Positions 9,865-19,058 of a stretch of DNA of 64,000 nt are shown in pieces. The notes below the pieces were generated by a model. It did no database searches and was not told the origin of the DNA. It saw nothing but the letters and a program-made list of their open reading frames with translations. Position numbers and translations under genes: made by a program. Positions within the stretch are counted from its first letter, which is position 1; each line of letters opens with the position of its first letter. Source of the DNA: an uncultured Actinomycetota bacterium (GTDB taxonomy: Bacteria > Actinomycetota > Actinomycetes > JAHEKZ01); the NCBI GenBank assembly GCA_963718235.1, contig CAVQYR010000001.1, positions 352,001 to 416,000 of the forward strand. The letters run 5' to 3'.

Positions 9865-10695
9865 CTAGTCCCTGATCGGCTCCGCAACGTCGTACTCAAT
9901 CGAAGACAGGGTGAACTCCCCGTAGGTGAATCGGCCTTCCGGGCGTAGGTACGCGGCTGAGCCGCTGTGCAGCAGGTGCCGGCCATCGACGTCGCGGTAC
10001 TCGGTGACGGGAGTGGACCAGCGCATCGGGACGAAGGTCCCCGAGCTGCTGTCGGGGCGGTCGTCGGACCAGAAGTCGACGAGTTCGTCGTCGTCGTTGA
10101 AGACCAAGGTGGCGCTCACTGTGTGCGGGCCGTTCGTGAAGGTGATGCCCACCGTCCGATCGTCGACCGGGCTCCACGCCAGGCGCGGGTCCACCAACGC
10201 GCCGGGTGCCATGAGGCACAGGTCGTTGAGGACGGTCACTGTCTCGGCTGCGCTGATCTCAGGACCGCGCTGGTCGACCATGTTCAGGGTCGATGCGACC
10301 CGTACGGTGAACGTGGCCTCCTCCTGGCGGTAGACGTGCAGCGCGCGAACAGGCAAGCCGAACATCCGGGCTTCCATCAAGAACAGACGGGTGGGTCGGC
10401 CGAAGAAGCTGTACTGCACGGACCGCGCCCGCATGGGTGTCTGACCGGGCCTGCGGTACATGTTGGCGGCCATGACCACGCGCATGTTCTGCGGTCGCGG
10501 TCGACCCACTGCTCCTGAGCGCTCGATGTACCGCCGGACGTGACCCGGCAGGGCGGCAAGGTCGCTGGCTACGAGCGGAGCACCGCCGGGGCTCAGAGGT
10601 TGGGCGGTGAACTCCGACGCGACAACGCGGTCGAACCGGGAACGTAGCGAACGACCAGCGCCGCCCGGGCGACCCGTGTCAATCGGTGCGGTCAC
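9865..10695 (-). CDS. Conserved hypothetical protein (DUF6544-like)
   Basis: DLAALPGHVRRY, ETVTVLNDLCLMAPGAL, FWSDDR and WSTP patterns. Confidence 0.7.
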   Translation of the reverse strand: MTAPIDTGRPGGAGRSLRSRFDRVVASEFTAQPLSPGGAPLVASDLAALPGHVRRYIERSGAVGRPRPQNMRVVMAANMYRRPGQTPMRARSVQYSFFGRPTRLFLMEARMFGLPVRALHVYRQEEATFTVRVASTLNMVDQRGPEISAAETVTVLNDLCLMAPGALVDPRLAWSPVDDRTVGITFTNGPHTVSATLVFNDDDELVDFWSDDRPDSSSGTFVPMRWSTPVTEYRDVDGRHLLHSGSAAYLRPEGRFTYGEFTLSSIEYDVAEPIRD

Positions 10696-10960
10696 GACAG
10701 CACCTCCGTCACGCGCAGGTTGAGGCGCACGGCCGAAGTCGCGTGCCCTACGAAGGACTCTACCCGGGCAGTCGGATCACGGTCCTTCTGACAGCGGTCG
10801 GCACACCGCACTCGGATCCAGGGTTCGCTGAACGGATCGGCCAACGTCGTGACTCGACCCCTCGGGCGCGTGGTGCTCAACTGCCTCAACGCCTGCGCAG
10901 CTTCTGTGAGACGGTTGGGCTGACGACGCTGCAGGCGTGCGGACGAAGGGAGTCAGCCGG

Positions 10961-12037
10961 ATGAGGATCGCAGTGCTGGGGGCCGGCGGGGGTGGCCTGG
11001 CGGTCGCCTACGAGTGGGCCAGTCAGGGGCATGAGGTCGCGCTGTACGCACAACATGCCCACGAGCACCATCTGCTGCCGGTCCGCGAGCGCGGCGGGAT
11101 CCAAGCCGAGGGAATGCTTGAGGGGTTCGTCTCCCTGGAGACGGTCACCACTGACATTGCCGAGGCGCTCGACGGCGTGGAGGTGGTCTTCGTCGTCGGC
11201 CCTGCCTATGCCACGGAGCCGTTCGGCCGGGACACTCGCGGTCACCTGCGCCCCGGGATGACCGTCGTGGTCTGCCCCAGTTCGTGCGTCGGAAGCCTGG
11301 CCTTCAAGCACGCCGCGGGGTTGGACCTCCATGACGAGAGCGTCGTCGTGGGCGAGACCAGCACGCTTCCGTACGCCGCACGCGCATCGATGCATGCGAG
11401 TGTGCGGATTTTCCACAGGTTCGACACCGGCTTCTCGGCCGCCGCTGCCCCGCGGAGCAACACCCCCCGCATGCTCGAGGTCCTGCGGCAGGTCTACCCC
11501 AACACCCAGGAGGCTGCGGGGATCTTCCAGACCACGCTGCAGAACGGCAACCCGGTCATCCACCCGGCCGTCACGTTGCTCAACGCCGCCCTCATCGAAC
11601 GCACGGGTGGTGACTTCATGTTCTATGAGGAGGGGGTCACCGAGGCGGTCGGTCGCCTCATGGAGGCAGTCGACGGCGAGCGAATCTCCGTCGCCCGTTC
11701 CTTGGGCGTGGAGATCCTCTCCGAACCGGATCTTGGGGTGCGGCAGGGCTACATGAGCGAGTCCAACTACTCCACCGGCTACTCCACCGCACCAGGATTT
11801 CGTGGCATCAAGGCGCAGGACGAGCTTCATCACCGCTACCTGACCGAGGATGTCGGCTACTCCATGGTGTTCCTCACTGACCTGGCTCGGCATCTTTCGG
11901 TGCCGACCCCCACCATGGATGCCGTCATCCGGATCGCCTCGATCGTCGCGGGCGAGGACTTCTCCGCCGAGCGCGCCCGCACGATGGACAAGATGGGCCT
12001 GTCCGGCCTGACGCGAGACCAGCTCGCGGTGTACTGA
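10961..12037 (+). CDS. NAD/NADP octopine/nopaline (opine) dehydrogenase family protein
   Basis: GAGGGG Rossmann motif, ETSTLPYAAR, LQNGNPVIHP, FYEEG and HRYLTEDV. Confidence 0.88.
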   Translation: MRIAVLGAGGGGLAVAYEWASQGHEVALYAQHAHEHHLLPVRERGGIQAEGMLEGFVSLETVTTDIAEALDGVEVVFVVGPAYATEPFGRDTRGHLRPGMTVVVCPSSCVGSLAFKHAAGLDLHDESVVVGETSTLPYAARASMHASVRIFHRFDTGFSAAAAPRSNTPRMLEVLRQVYPNTQEAAGIFQTTLQNGNPVIHPAVTLLNAALIERTGGDFMFYEEGVTEAVGRLMEAVDGERISVARSLGVEILSEPDLGVRQGYMSESNYSTGYSTAPGFRGIKAQDELHHRYLTEDVGYSMVFLTDLARHLSVPTPTMDAVIRIASIVAGEDFSAERARTMDKMGLSGLTRDQLAVY

Positions 12038-12140
12038 CTGGGAGTCAGGTCCGCCTGGATGTCGAAGCGCGACCGGTGCTGTCCATCGGCGGGGCGGCAA
12101 CGACTTCTACCTCCGCAGGGCCTATGGGGCTCGGTGCCAG

Positions 12141-12398
12141 CTACGCGTAGTGGTAGCGGGCTTGAAGGACCACCAGATCGTCGCCATCAACGAGGTAGAC
12201 CAGGCGATGTTCCTCGCTGATCCGGCGCGACCAGGCGCCTGCCAGCAAGTGCCGTAGCGGTTCGGGTTTGCCGATGCCGGAGGTGGGATCATGGGGGGCG
12301 TCGTCGATGAGCCGGTTGATCCGCTTGAGGGTGGCTCGATCCGCGGCGAGCCAGTAGGTGTCGTCCTGTTAGCCGTGCGCGGTGAAGACAAGCCTCAC
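12141..12398 (-). pseudogene. yoeB: Txe/YoeB toxin with a premature stop codon
   Basis: Manual translation VRLVFTAHG*QDDTYWLAADRATLKRINRLIDD...GIGKPEPLRHLLAGAWSRRISEEHRLVY...QARYHYA. In-frame TAA at codon 10 (12369-12371). Confidence 0.88.
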
Positions 12399-12625
12399 GA
12401 CGTCAGGTCATGCGTCTCACGCTGGCCGGACAGTGCCTGCTGCAAGCTCTCGATCAGCCGTTGGGCGTTCGCGGGTGCCCGCAGCAGGTGTGCCGTCTCC
12501 TCCAACGCGTCGTAGTCCGCGCGCCACATCAGGACGGCATCCTCGCGTCGGGAGGTGATCTCGACGGGGGTGCGGTCGACGTTGAGCTGTTCCATCAGGG
12601 GGAAAGGGCCTTGGCGCGACCAACC
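12395..12625 (-). pseudogene. yefM: Phd/YefM antitoxin, N-terminally eroded
   Basis: DRTPVEITSRREDAVLM..DYDALEETAHLLRAPANAQRLIESL. The upstream RAKALSPL remnant lacks the normal start. Confidence 0.75.
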
Positions 12626-12651
12626 CTGACCGTCGGTGGATCGGGGCTAAG

Positions 12652-12858
12652 TCAAGCGCGCGGAGACTGCGACCTGTGGTCCAGTGCGGGTACCACCGCG
12701 ATGAACCAGCCCGTGCCAACGGTCAGTATCGGGATCATGTCGGCGAAGCCACCGCTGCCCTTCAGTACGACCGCGGTCCCGATCCAGATCGCCGCCCAGA
12801 CGAGCGCCGCGCTCCACAAGTAGCGGGCCTGCGCACGAGACGGCTTCATCTCTGTCAT
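12652..12858 (-). CDS. Small two-TM membrane protein
   Basis: GGAGG SD upstream; two hydrophobic helices. Confidence 0.6.
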   Translation of the reverse strand: MTEMKPSRAQARYLWSAALVWAAIWIGTAVVLKGSGGFADMIPILTVGTGWFIAVVPALDHRSQSPRA

Positions 12859-13420
12859 GTCGCCACCTCCTCTGCGGCATTGCCTCGCTACCAGACTCCG
12901 AGGCGGCCAGGCGATCCGTCAGAGGCCAAGGTCACCCTGGCGGCGGACTCAGACCGGGGACCCACGGGTCGACGTCTCGGTCGGGCCGCTTGTGCCTCGG
13001 CGCCGGCGAGAGGCCTGCAACGGGCCCCGCACGGCCACGGTCCTCAGCGCTGTCGTGGAAAGTGGGAGTCGCGAGCGCGGTCAGCGGCACCAGTCGCGCT
13101 TGCCCCGAGCAGCGAGGGTCTCGGGACTGGGCCGCTCGCTCTGCAGGCGGCTGACCGCCGCGACGAGCACGGGAAGCGGGGACGTGGCGCGCGATGCCAT
13201 GACATCGACCGTATGTCCCAGCCGGTCGCGATCTCCAGCAGGGAGGTGTGAGGTACTGGCGTCGGTCATGGCTAGGACGTTGAGGATGCTCTTGCAGCCG
13301 GCGATGCGGCCGCTGGGTTGGGTCGGTTGGTTTCGCGATCGATTCCTCCACGAGTTCAGGGTCTTGGCCCTCGAACTGGGTCACGGACTCCTTCTGCGGA
13401 TCCGTCGGCGGGGAGCAGGA

Positions 13421-13621
13421 GTGGCGTTCCTATGGGCACGTCGCGATGCGGGTGTCGTCATGTCCCTTCTTCTGCTGCCGCTGGGAATGATCTTCTGGCT
13501 CGGGTTCGCACTACTCTTCGGACCGGTGTTGGGCGTCGCAGCGACCGTCTTGGCGTTGGTAGCTCGACGAGCCCGGCGTAGGGTCGATTCGGTGCGTGCG
13601 GTACGCCTGTCGACCTCTTGA
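13421..13621 (+). CDS. Small membrane protein
   Basis: Hydrophobic stretch followed by an Arg-rich tail; start uncertain. Confidence 0.4.
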   Translation: MAFLWARRDAGVVMSLLLLPLGMIFWLGFALLFGPVLGVAATVLALVARRARRRVDSVRAVRLSTS

Positions 13622-13831
13622 GTCGGCGACGACGTCGGTGGCCTCGTCGACGGAGAGCCGGCCTGCCGCGGTGTAGTGAACCGTCACCTGGGCCGCCGCC
13701 TGGCCGCTGGAGCTCCCGGTGCAGAACTGCCGGTAACCCACCCCCCGGCGCTCGAAGAACCCGAGGCGCGTGACCTCTGCCCCTGTGCGGGCCCGCGCTG
13801 TACCAGTAGGACTTGGGAATGGAGGTGCGAC

Positions 13832-14653
13832 ATGTCCGCACGAGGGTCCGTGGGTTTTCTCCACGACGACATCCCCTACCTGAAGATTGGACAGGGCCCG
13901 CCGCTTGTGATGGTGCAGGGCCTTTCGCCCGAGCACGACGTCCCGAAGGGTTGGGAGCGCCGGATGGCGCTCGCCTCAGCGGTACAGCTCGCGCGCCACT
14001 TCACTGTGTACACCGTCAACCGCAAGCGCGGGCTGAAGCCCGGGGAGTCGATGTCGGACATCGCCGGCCACCTGGCCAACGCGATCGAGAACGACGTGGG
14101 TCGGCCGGTGTTCCTACAGGGCACCAGCACCGGCGGATCCGTCGTCCTGCAGTTCGCTGTCGATCGACCGGATCTCGTCCGGCGTCTCGTCGTCGTCGCC
14201 TCGGCATACAAGCTGGGCCCACGTGGACGTGAGCTGCAGGCCGAGATGGCTCGTCTGACCCGAGCCGGCAACACCACGGAGGCGATATCGCGGTTGATGA
14301 CCGCGATGATGCCCGCACCTCTCCGAGGTCCGATGCGGCCCCTGTCGGGGCTTGCAGCTCGCTCGATGGCCACTGACGAGCCGTCCGACCTGTTGGTCAC
14401 CCTCGACGCAGAGGACGCCTTCGACCTCGCGGCCGACCTGCACCGGATCACCGCGCCCACCCTCGTCATCGGCGGGGGCAAGGACGCCTTCTACACCCGT
14501 GAGCTGTTCGAGGGCACCGCCGCGGGCGTCCAAGACGGGCGGGTGCACATCTTCGAGGGCTGGGGCCACCTGCGGACGGCGGGCTCCGGCGCGACGACGA
14601 ACCTGGCCCTCGGTTTCTTGCTGGCCGGAACGCGCATCCATGTCGGGGACTGA
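13832..14653 (+). CDS. Alpha/beta hydrolase
   Basis: GGAGG SD; GTSTGG elbow; PTLVIGGGKD; GWGH. Confidence 0.85.
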   Translation: MSARGSVGFLHDDIPYLKIGQGPPLVMVQGLSPEHDVPKGWERRMALASAVQLARHFTVYTVNRKRGLKPGESMSDIAGHLANAIENDVGRPVFLQGTSTGGSVVLQFAVDRPDLVRRLVVVASAYKLGPRGRELQAEMARLTRAGNTTEAISRLMTAMMPAPLRGPMRPLSGLAARSMATDEPSDLLVTLDAEDAFDLAADLHRITAPTLVIGGGKDAFYTRELFEGTAAGVQDGRVHIFEGWGHLRTAGSGATTNLALGFLLAGTRIHVGD

Positions 14654-14748
14654 ACTGCGCCGACGCGCCCTAAACGCACCGGCGAATCAAGGGGTGCGGT
14701 GGTTCAGGCTGCGAGGACCGGTCCGAGTTGAGTTCGCCGTCCGACCTC

Positions 14749-15162
14749 TCACGGGTACTGGACGAGCTGGATCTGGTTGCCGTCGGGATCTTCTAGCGTG
14801 GCCAGCGTGCCGCCCCATGGTTGGTGCTCGGGTGGTCCGGCGACGCTCACCCCCTGAGCGATGAGCATCTCGACGGTCGCTGCGATGTCGGTGGCGGCGA
14901 ACGAGAGGCCGGAAAGGCGGCCGATCAGCTCACTAGCCGGGATCTCGGAGTCCGATTCGACCGTCTCGAGCACGAGGTCAGCGCCGATGTCGAACACGAC
15001 GTAGCCAGCTCGTGGTGATCCAGCTGTTGGGGCAGTGCCGATGACGGCCTCGTACCACCAAGCACTTCGGACGAGGTCGGTGACGAAGACACGAGCAGCG
15101 GCGAGGTGCACCTGGGCAGGGTATCCGACACGGCCTAGATGCCTAGCCGCATCTTCGTGCAT
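14749..15162 (-). CDS. VOC/glyoxalase-family protein
   Basis: VFVTDLVRSAWWY and PWGGTLATLEDPDGNQIQLVQ; start uncertain. Confidence 0.8.
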   Translation of the reverse strand: MHEDAARHLGRVGYPAQVHLAAARVFVTDLVRSAWWYEAVIGTAPTAGSPRAGYVVFDIGADLVLETVESDSEIPASELIGRLSGLSFAATDIAATVEMLIAQGVSVAGPPEHQPWGGTLATLEDPDGNQIQLVQYP

Positions 15163-15274
15163 GGGCAATGGTTCTCCGTTCGTCTGGCGATCTCGGCAAA
15201 GAGATGCCGTCAGTCGGCAGCGTGCCATGACCGTGGCCGCGTAGGGTCGGACTCGCTTCCCCGAGGAGGTATGC

Positions 15275-16288
15275 GTGCGCGCCATCGTTCAGCGGGAGTA
15301 CGGACCGCATTCTGAGGTTCTGCGAGTCCGGGAGATCTCCCCGCCGGTCGCTGGTGTCGGACAGGTGCTCGTCGGTGTCCGAGCCACCTCCGTGCACGCC
15401 GACGTGTGGCACGCCGTCAACGGGATCCCGTACGTCCTGCGCCTCATGGGATCCGGCGTCACATCCCCGAAGCGCCCGATCCCCGGCACCGACCTCGCTG
15501 GAGAAGTGGTGGCGGTCGGTCCCGCGGCAGGCGGGTTCCGCCCCGGCGACCGCGTGTTCGGCGAGGTGACCCCCAGTAGCCAGTGGAGCAACGCCGGCAC
15601 GTTCGCCGAGTTCGCTGCCGTGGATGAGTCCTTGCTGACCCGGATCCCCGATCACCTGTCGTTCGAGGAGGCGGCTGCGGTACCCACGGCCGCCCTCATC
15701 GCTCTGACGAACCTGCGCGACGAGGGCCGAGTGCGGGCTGGTCAGCGCGTACTTGTCAACGGGGCCGGTGGCGCGGTCGGTGTGTGGGCCGTGCAGTTGG
15801 CCAAGGTGATTGGGGCGGAGGTAACGGCGGTGGACGGCCCAGCCAAGCTCGACCTGCTGCGCGGCCTCGGAGCTGATCACGTCATCGACTACACGCAGCA
15901 CGACTTCACCGCCATGGGCGACCGCTTCGACGTCGTGTTCGACATCGTGTCGCAGGCGCCGTTCCGTCAGGTTCGGCGTGCTCTGGAGCCGGACGGCACC
16001 TTCGTTCTGGTCGGTCATGACCAGTACGGCCGATCCGGGCACCGGTGGCTCGGCAGTCTCGGCCGGATGCTGCCGCTGCTTGCGATCTCTCCCTTCGTCC
16101 AGCAGATCCCACCCATCCGGTCGGGACTCTCGCGTCAGGAGAACATGGCGGCGATCGCGCAGCTCCTCGGGGAGCACCGGATCCGTCCGGTCGTCGACGA
16201 GCGGACCTTTCCGCTGGAGCTGGCGGCCGAGGCGATCGACTACCTGACCTCGGGCGTCGCCATGGGCCGCGTGGTCCTCACCGTGTGA
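15275..16288 (+). CDS. NAD(P)-dependent MDR-family oxidoreductase (quinone reductase-like)
   Basis: PGTDLAGEV, VLVNGAGGAVG and LGADHVIDY motifs. Confidence 0.9.
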   Translation: MRAIVQREYGPHSEVLRVREISPPVAGVGQVLVGVRATSVHADVWHAVNGIPYVLRLMGSGVTSPKRPIPGTDLAGEVVAVGPAAGGFRPGDRVFGEVTPSSQWSNAGTFAEFAAVDESLLTRIPDHLSFEEAAAVPTAALIALTNLRDEGRVRAGQRVLVNGAGGAVGVWAVQLAKVIGAEVTAVDGPAKLDLLRGLGADHVIDYTQHDFTAMGDRFDVVFDIVSQAPFRQVRRALEPDGTFVLVGHDQYGRSGHRWLGSLGRMLPLLAISPFVQQIPPIRSGLSRQENMAAIAQLLGEHRIRPVVDERTFPLELAAEAIDYLTSGVAMGRVVLTV

Positions 16289-16635
16289 CCCCTCCCGGTT
16301 ACCTCCGACCCTTGGGTCGGGCATCCGCGAGCGATAGACGGAAGGTGACGCCAGACAGGGTCCGCTTCGCTGGGGGTGGACTCGGGGTTCATGACGCATG
16401 TGCGTCCCCGACCGGCGAGGAAGCAGCGCCGACGTCGGTCCCTGGCGGCAGGCCGAGCGCTGTCAGCGACACCCGGGCGACCAGCTCGACGGCGAAGCGC
16501 ACGGCGAGCAGGCGACGACGAGTGGGCAGGACCGATCGCGCCCTCATGGGCGCCTCTGAGTCCGACTCGCACAGCATGCTTGACCGGGGAGCCTGACGGC
16601 TCCAGGCTCGAACCTCCAACAGCGAGGGAGCAACC

Positions 16636-17031
16636 ATGTCACGAGTCGTGCACTTCGAGATCCAGGCCGACGATGTTGAACGCGCCAAGGCCTTCTACTC
16701 CGCCACCTTCGGCTGGACCTACGAGGACTACGGCCAGTTCGTGGGCGGGACCTACTGGGGGATCACCACGGGTCCCGACGACGCGCCCGGCATCAATGGG
16801 GGACTGCTCCCGCGACCGGCGCCCACAGGGGGGCCGGGGCAGGGGACCAACGCGTTCGTGTGCACGATGGGAGTCGAGGACTACGACACGACCGAGGCCA
16901 AGATTCTCGCCGCCGGTGGTTCGGTCGCCCTGCCGAAGATGGCCCTCACGGGGATGGCGTGGCAGGGCTACTACATCGACACCGAAGGCAACACGTTCGG
17001 AATCCACCAGCCAGATCCCGACGCCGCCTGA
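16636..17031 (+). CDS. VOC-family protein
   Basis: MSRVVHFEIQADDVERAKAFY...GINGG...DTEGNTFG. Confidence 0.9.
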   Translation: MSRVVHFEIQADDVERAKAFYSATFGWTYEDYGQFVGGTYWGITTGPDDAPGINGGLLPRPAPTGGPGQGTNAFVCTMGVEDYDTTEAKILAAGGSVALPKMALTGMAWQGYYIDTEGNTFGIHQPDPDAA

Positions 17032-17185
17032 GCCGCGACGACGGCACCCGCGGTTGACCTCCGGCGACTTCGAGGGTGTTCACCCGGACAAGGGTGTGAC
17101 GAGGGACCGGATCGGGCACCGCCTGGCCGCACCGACAACGAGCCGTGGACGGCTCCGGTACTCTTTCGGGCCGCTCCGGCGCGCC

Positions 17186-18175
17186 CTACAACGGTGGGTA
17201 CTGTCTGCCAGTCGGCTCGTCGCGCTCGTAGACCTGCGAGGGCGGGCCCACGATGAGCGGGTCGGGGGTGCTGACGATGTCGAAGTCCTTGTCGCGGTAG
17301 TCGAACAAGGACAGCACCCACCGCATCGCCTCGAGCCGTCCCCGCTTCTTGTCATTGCTGCGAACGACGGTCCAAGGCGCCCAGTCGGTGTTCGTGTAGT
17401 AGAACATCGCCTCCTTGGCGTCGGAGTAGGCGTCCCACTTGTCAAGGGAGGCGAGGTCTGTGGGGCTGAGCTTCCACTGCCGCACCGGATCTATTCGTCG
17501 GATCGTGAACCGAGTGATCTGCTCCTTGCGGCTGACCGAGAACCAGAGCTTCACGATGGTCGTCCCCGAGCGGACGAGCATGCGTTCGAACTCAGGGACC
17601 TGGCGCAGGAATTCCCAGTACTCCTCGTCTGAGCAGAATCCCATCACTCGCTCGACGACGGCGCGGTTGTACCACGACCGGTCGAACAGCACCATCTCTC
17701 CAGCGGCCGGCAAGTGTTGGACGTAGCGCTGGAAGTACCACTGAGCCCGCTCGCGCTCGGTCGGCTTCAACAGCGCGACCACGTTGGCGCCGCGGGGGTT
17801 GAGGTGTTCCATGAATCGCTTGATGGTTCCGCCCTTGCCGGCCGCATCGCGCCCCTCGAAGAGGATCAGCACCCGCTGACCGGTCTTCCTCACCCAGGTC
17901 TGAAGCTTGAGCAGCTCGATCTGCAACAACCGCTTGTCGACCTCGTACTGCCAACGACGCATCCGGACGTCGTAGGGGTATCCCTCGCGCCACGTGTCCA
18001 CTGGCGTTCCGCCCGGCCCGAGCAGCACTGGGTCGTCGATCTCGTCCCAGGTTCCTTCGACGGCAAGTCCACGGTCCTGCAGCTCCTCGTCGGACAGCTC
18101 CTTAAGCGACGTGATGATGTCGGCCAGATCGACGACGGCTTCGATGTCGACCTCGTGTATGCGCGCGTCTGACAT
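17186..18175 (-). CDS. ppk2: Polyphosphate kinase 2
   Basis: FEGRDAAGKGG Walker A, FDRSWYNR and WKLSPTD. Confidence 0.95.
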   Translation of the reverse strand: MSDARIHEVDIEAVVDLADIITSLKELSDEELQDRGLAVEGTWDEIDDPVLLGPGGTPVDTWREGYPYDVRMRRWQYEVDKRLLQIELLKLQTWVRKTGQRVLILFEGRDAAGKGGTIKRFMEHLNPRGANVVALLKPTERERAQWYFQRYVQHLPAAGEMVLFDRSWYNRAVVERVMGFCSDEEYWEFLRQVPEFERMLVRSGTTIVKLWFSVSRKEQITRFTIRRIDPVRQWKLSPTDLASLDKWDAYSDAKEAMFYYTNTDWAPWTVVRSNDKKRGRLEAMRWVLSLFDYRDKDFDIVSTPDPLIVGPPSQVYERDEPTGRQYPPL

Positions 18176-18382
18176 GTCGCCTCCTGGCAACAAGCATGCA
18201 CCTCGACGGCTGGGCCGATCCGGACGAGCCCAAAGCGTCGCTGTCCGTTCACTCTCGTCCCTGGACGATGACTCCGTCGCATCAGAAGGAGCCCGTCGTG
18301 GTGCAGGCACGGCGGCGGTCCCCCGGGGTGCGGAGGTGACGGCACTCGGGCGAACGGTGTCGACCATCCCAGCTCAGGTCCC

Positions 18383-18398
18383 TGTGAGTGTCATGACA
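18383..18398 (+). promoter_or_regulatory. CRP-family binding box TGTGA-N6-TGACA
   Basis: 9/10 match to TGTGA-N6-TCACA; centre is 30.5 bp upstream of a weak -10-like TACGGC (18421). Confidence 0.6.
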
Positions 18399-18473
18399 GG
18401 CCTTGCCAAGCAGGGTCGGCTACGGCCAGAGTGGCCCAAGCAACAGGGTGCCTGTCCGAGCGAGGAGGCCACC

Positions 18474-19058
18474 GTGCCTGATCCCTACGAAGGCGCACAT
18501 GGGTTCGTCTTCCTGCACGACGACGACATGAGGGCACCAGCAGAGGTGATCGGCGAGCTGCGCCAGAACCTCAGAACTCCGGACGACCCCGACCGGCCAG
18601 TATTCTTTGCCGCGACCTTCCAAGGTGACTTCGCGGGGTTTGCTCACTTCGCTGCCGACGACCTCGAAGGTCTGGCGGACCTCACCGGATCGCTCCTGTT
18701 CGACGCGGGTATCCACTCGGACTACGCGGTGGAGGGTGTGTACTACAAGAACGCACGGTCGGTACCCATGGCCCCGAAGCGCAAGAGCCCTCGCTTCTGC
18801 GCGATCTGCCGAGTTCGCACGAGCGAGACACCCGCGGTCGTCCTCGACGCGATCGCCCGGGAGTTCGATGAGAGTGAGCCGTTCGTCGGAGGGTCACGGG
18901 TGATCGGGACCTTCCAGCTGCTCATCGAGCTGGGCAGTGACGACGAACCGAGTCTCGAGGTTGCGATCGAACGGCTGCTCGGTGTCTCGGGGGTGACCAC
19001 CGCCCAGGTCGGAACGACCGACACCGGACGCAGAGAAGACGAAGGGCGCAGTGCCTGA
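18474..19058 (+). CDS. Hypothetical protein with two Lrp/AsnC ligand-binding-like domains
   Basis: GAGGAGG SD before GTG. Two similar units (FAATFQGDFAGFAHFAADDLEGL and GSRVIGTFQLLIELGSDDEPSL..LLGVSGV). No HTH. Overlaps the cyclase start. Confidence 0.6.
   Translation: MPDPYEGAHGFVFLHDDDMRAPAEVIGELRQNLRTPDDPDRPVFFAATFQGDFAGFAHFAADDLEGLADLTGSLLFDAGIHSDYAVEGVYYKNARSVPMAPKRKSPRFCAICRVRTSETPAVVLDAIAREFDESEPFVGGSRVIGTFQLLIELGSDDEPSLEVAIERLLGVSGVTTAQVGTTDTGRREDEGRSA

Noticed and set aside
10686-10964. Possible gene remnant upstream of the opine dehydrogenase
   Set aside because: A short protein-like stretch (VPYEGLYPGSRITVL) that I cannot assign to any family.
12857-13420. Arg-rich ORFs between the small membrane genes
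   Set aside because: No motif, SD or codon pattern that I can support; probably intergenic or decayed sequence.
16290-16630. Possible ncRNA or regulator remnant
   Set aside because: No convincing stem structure or protein motif found by eye.
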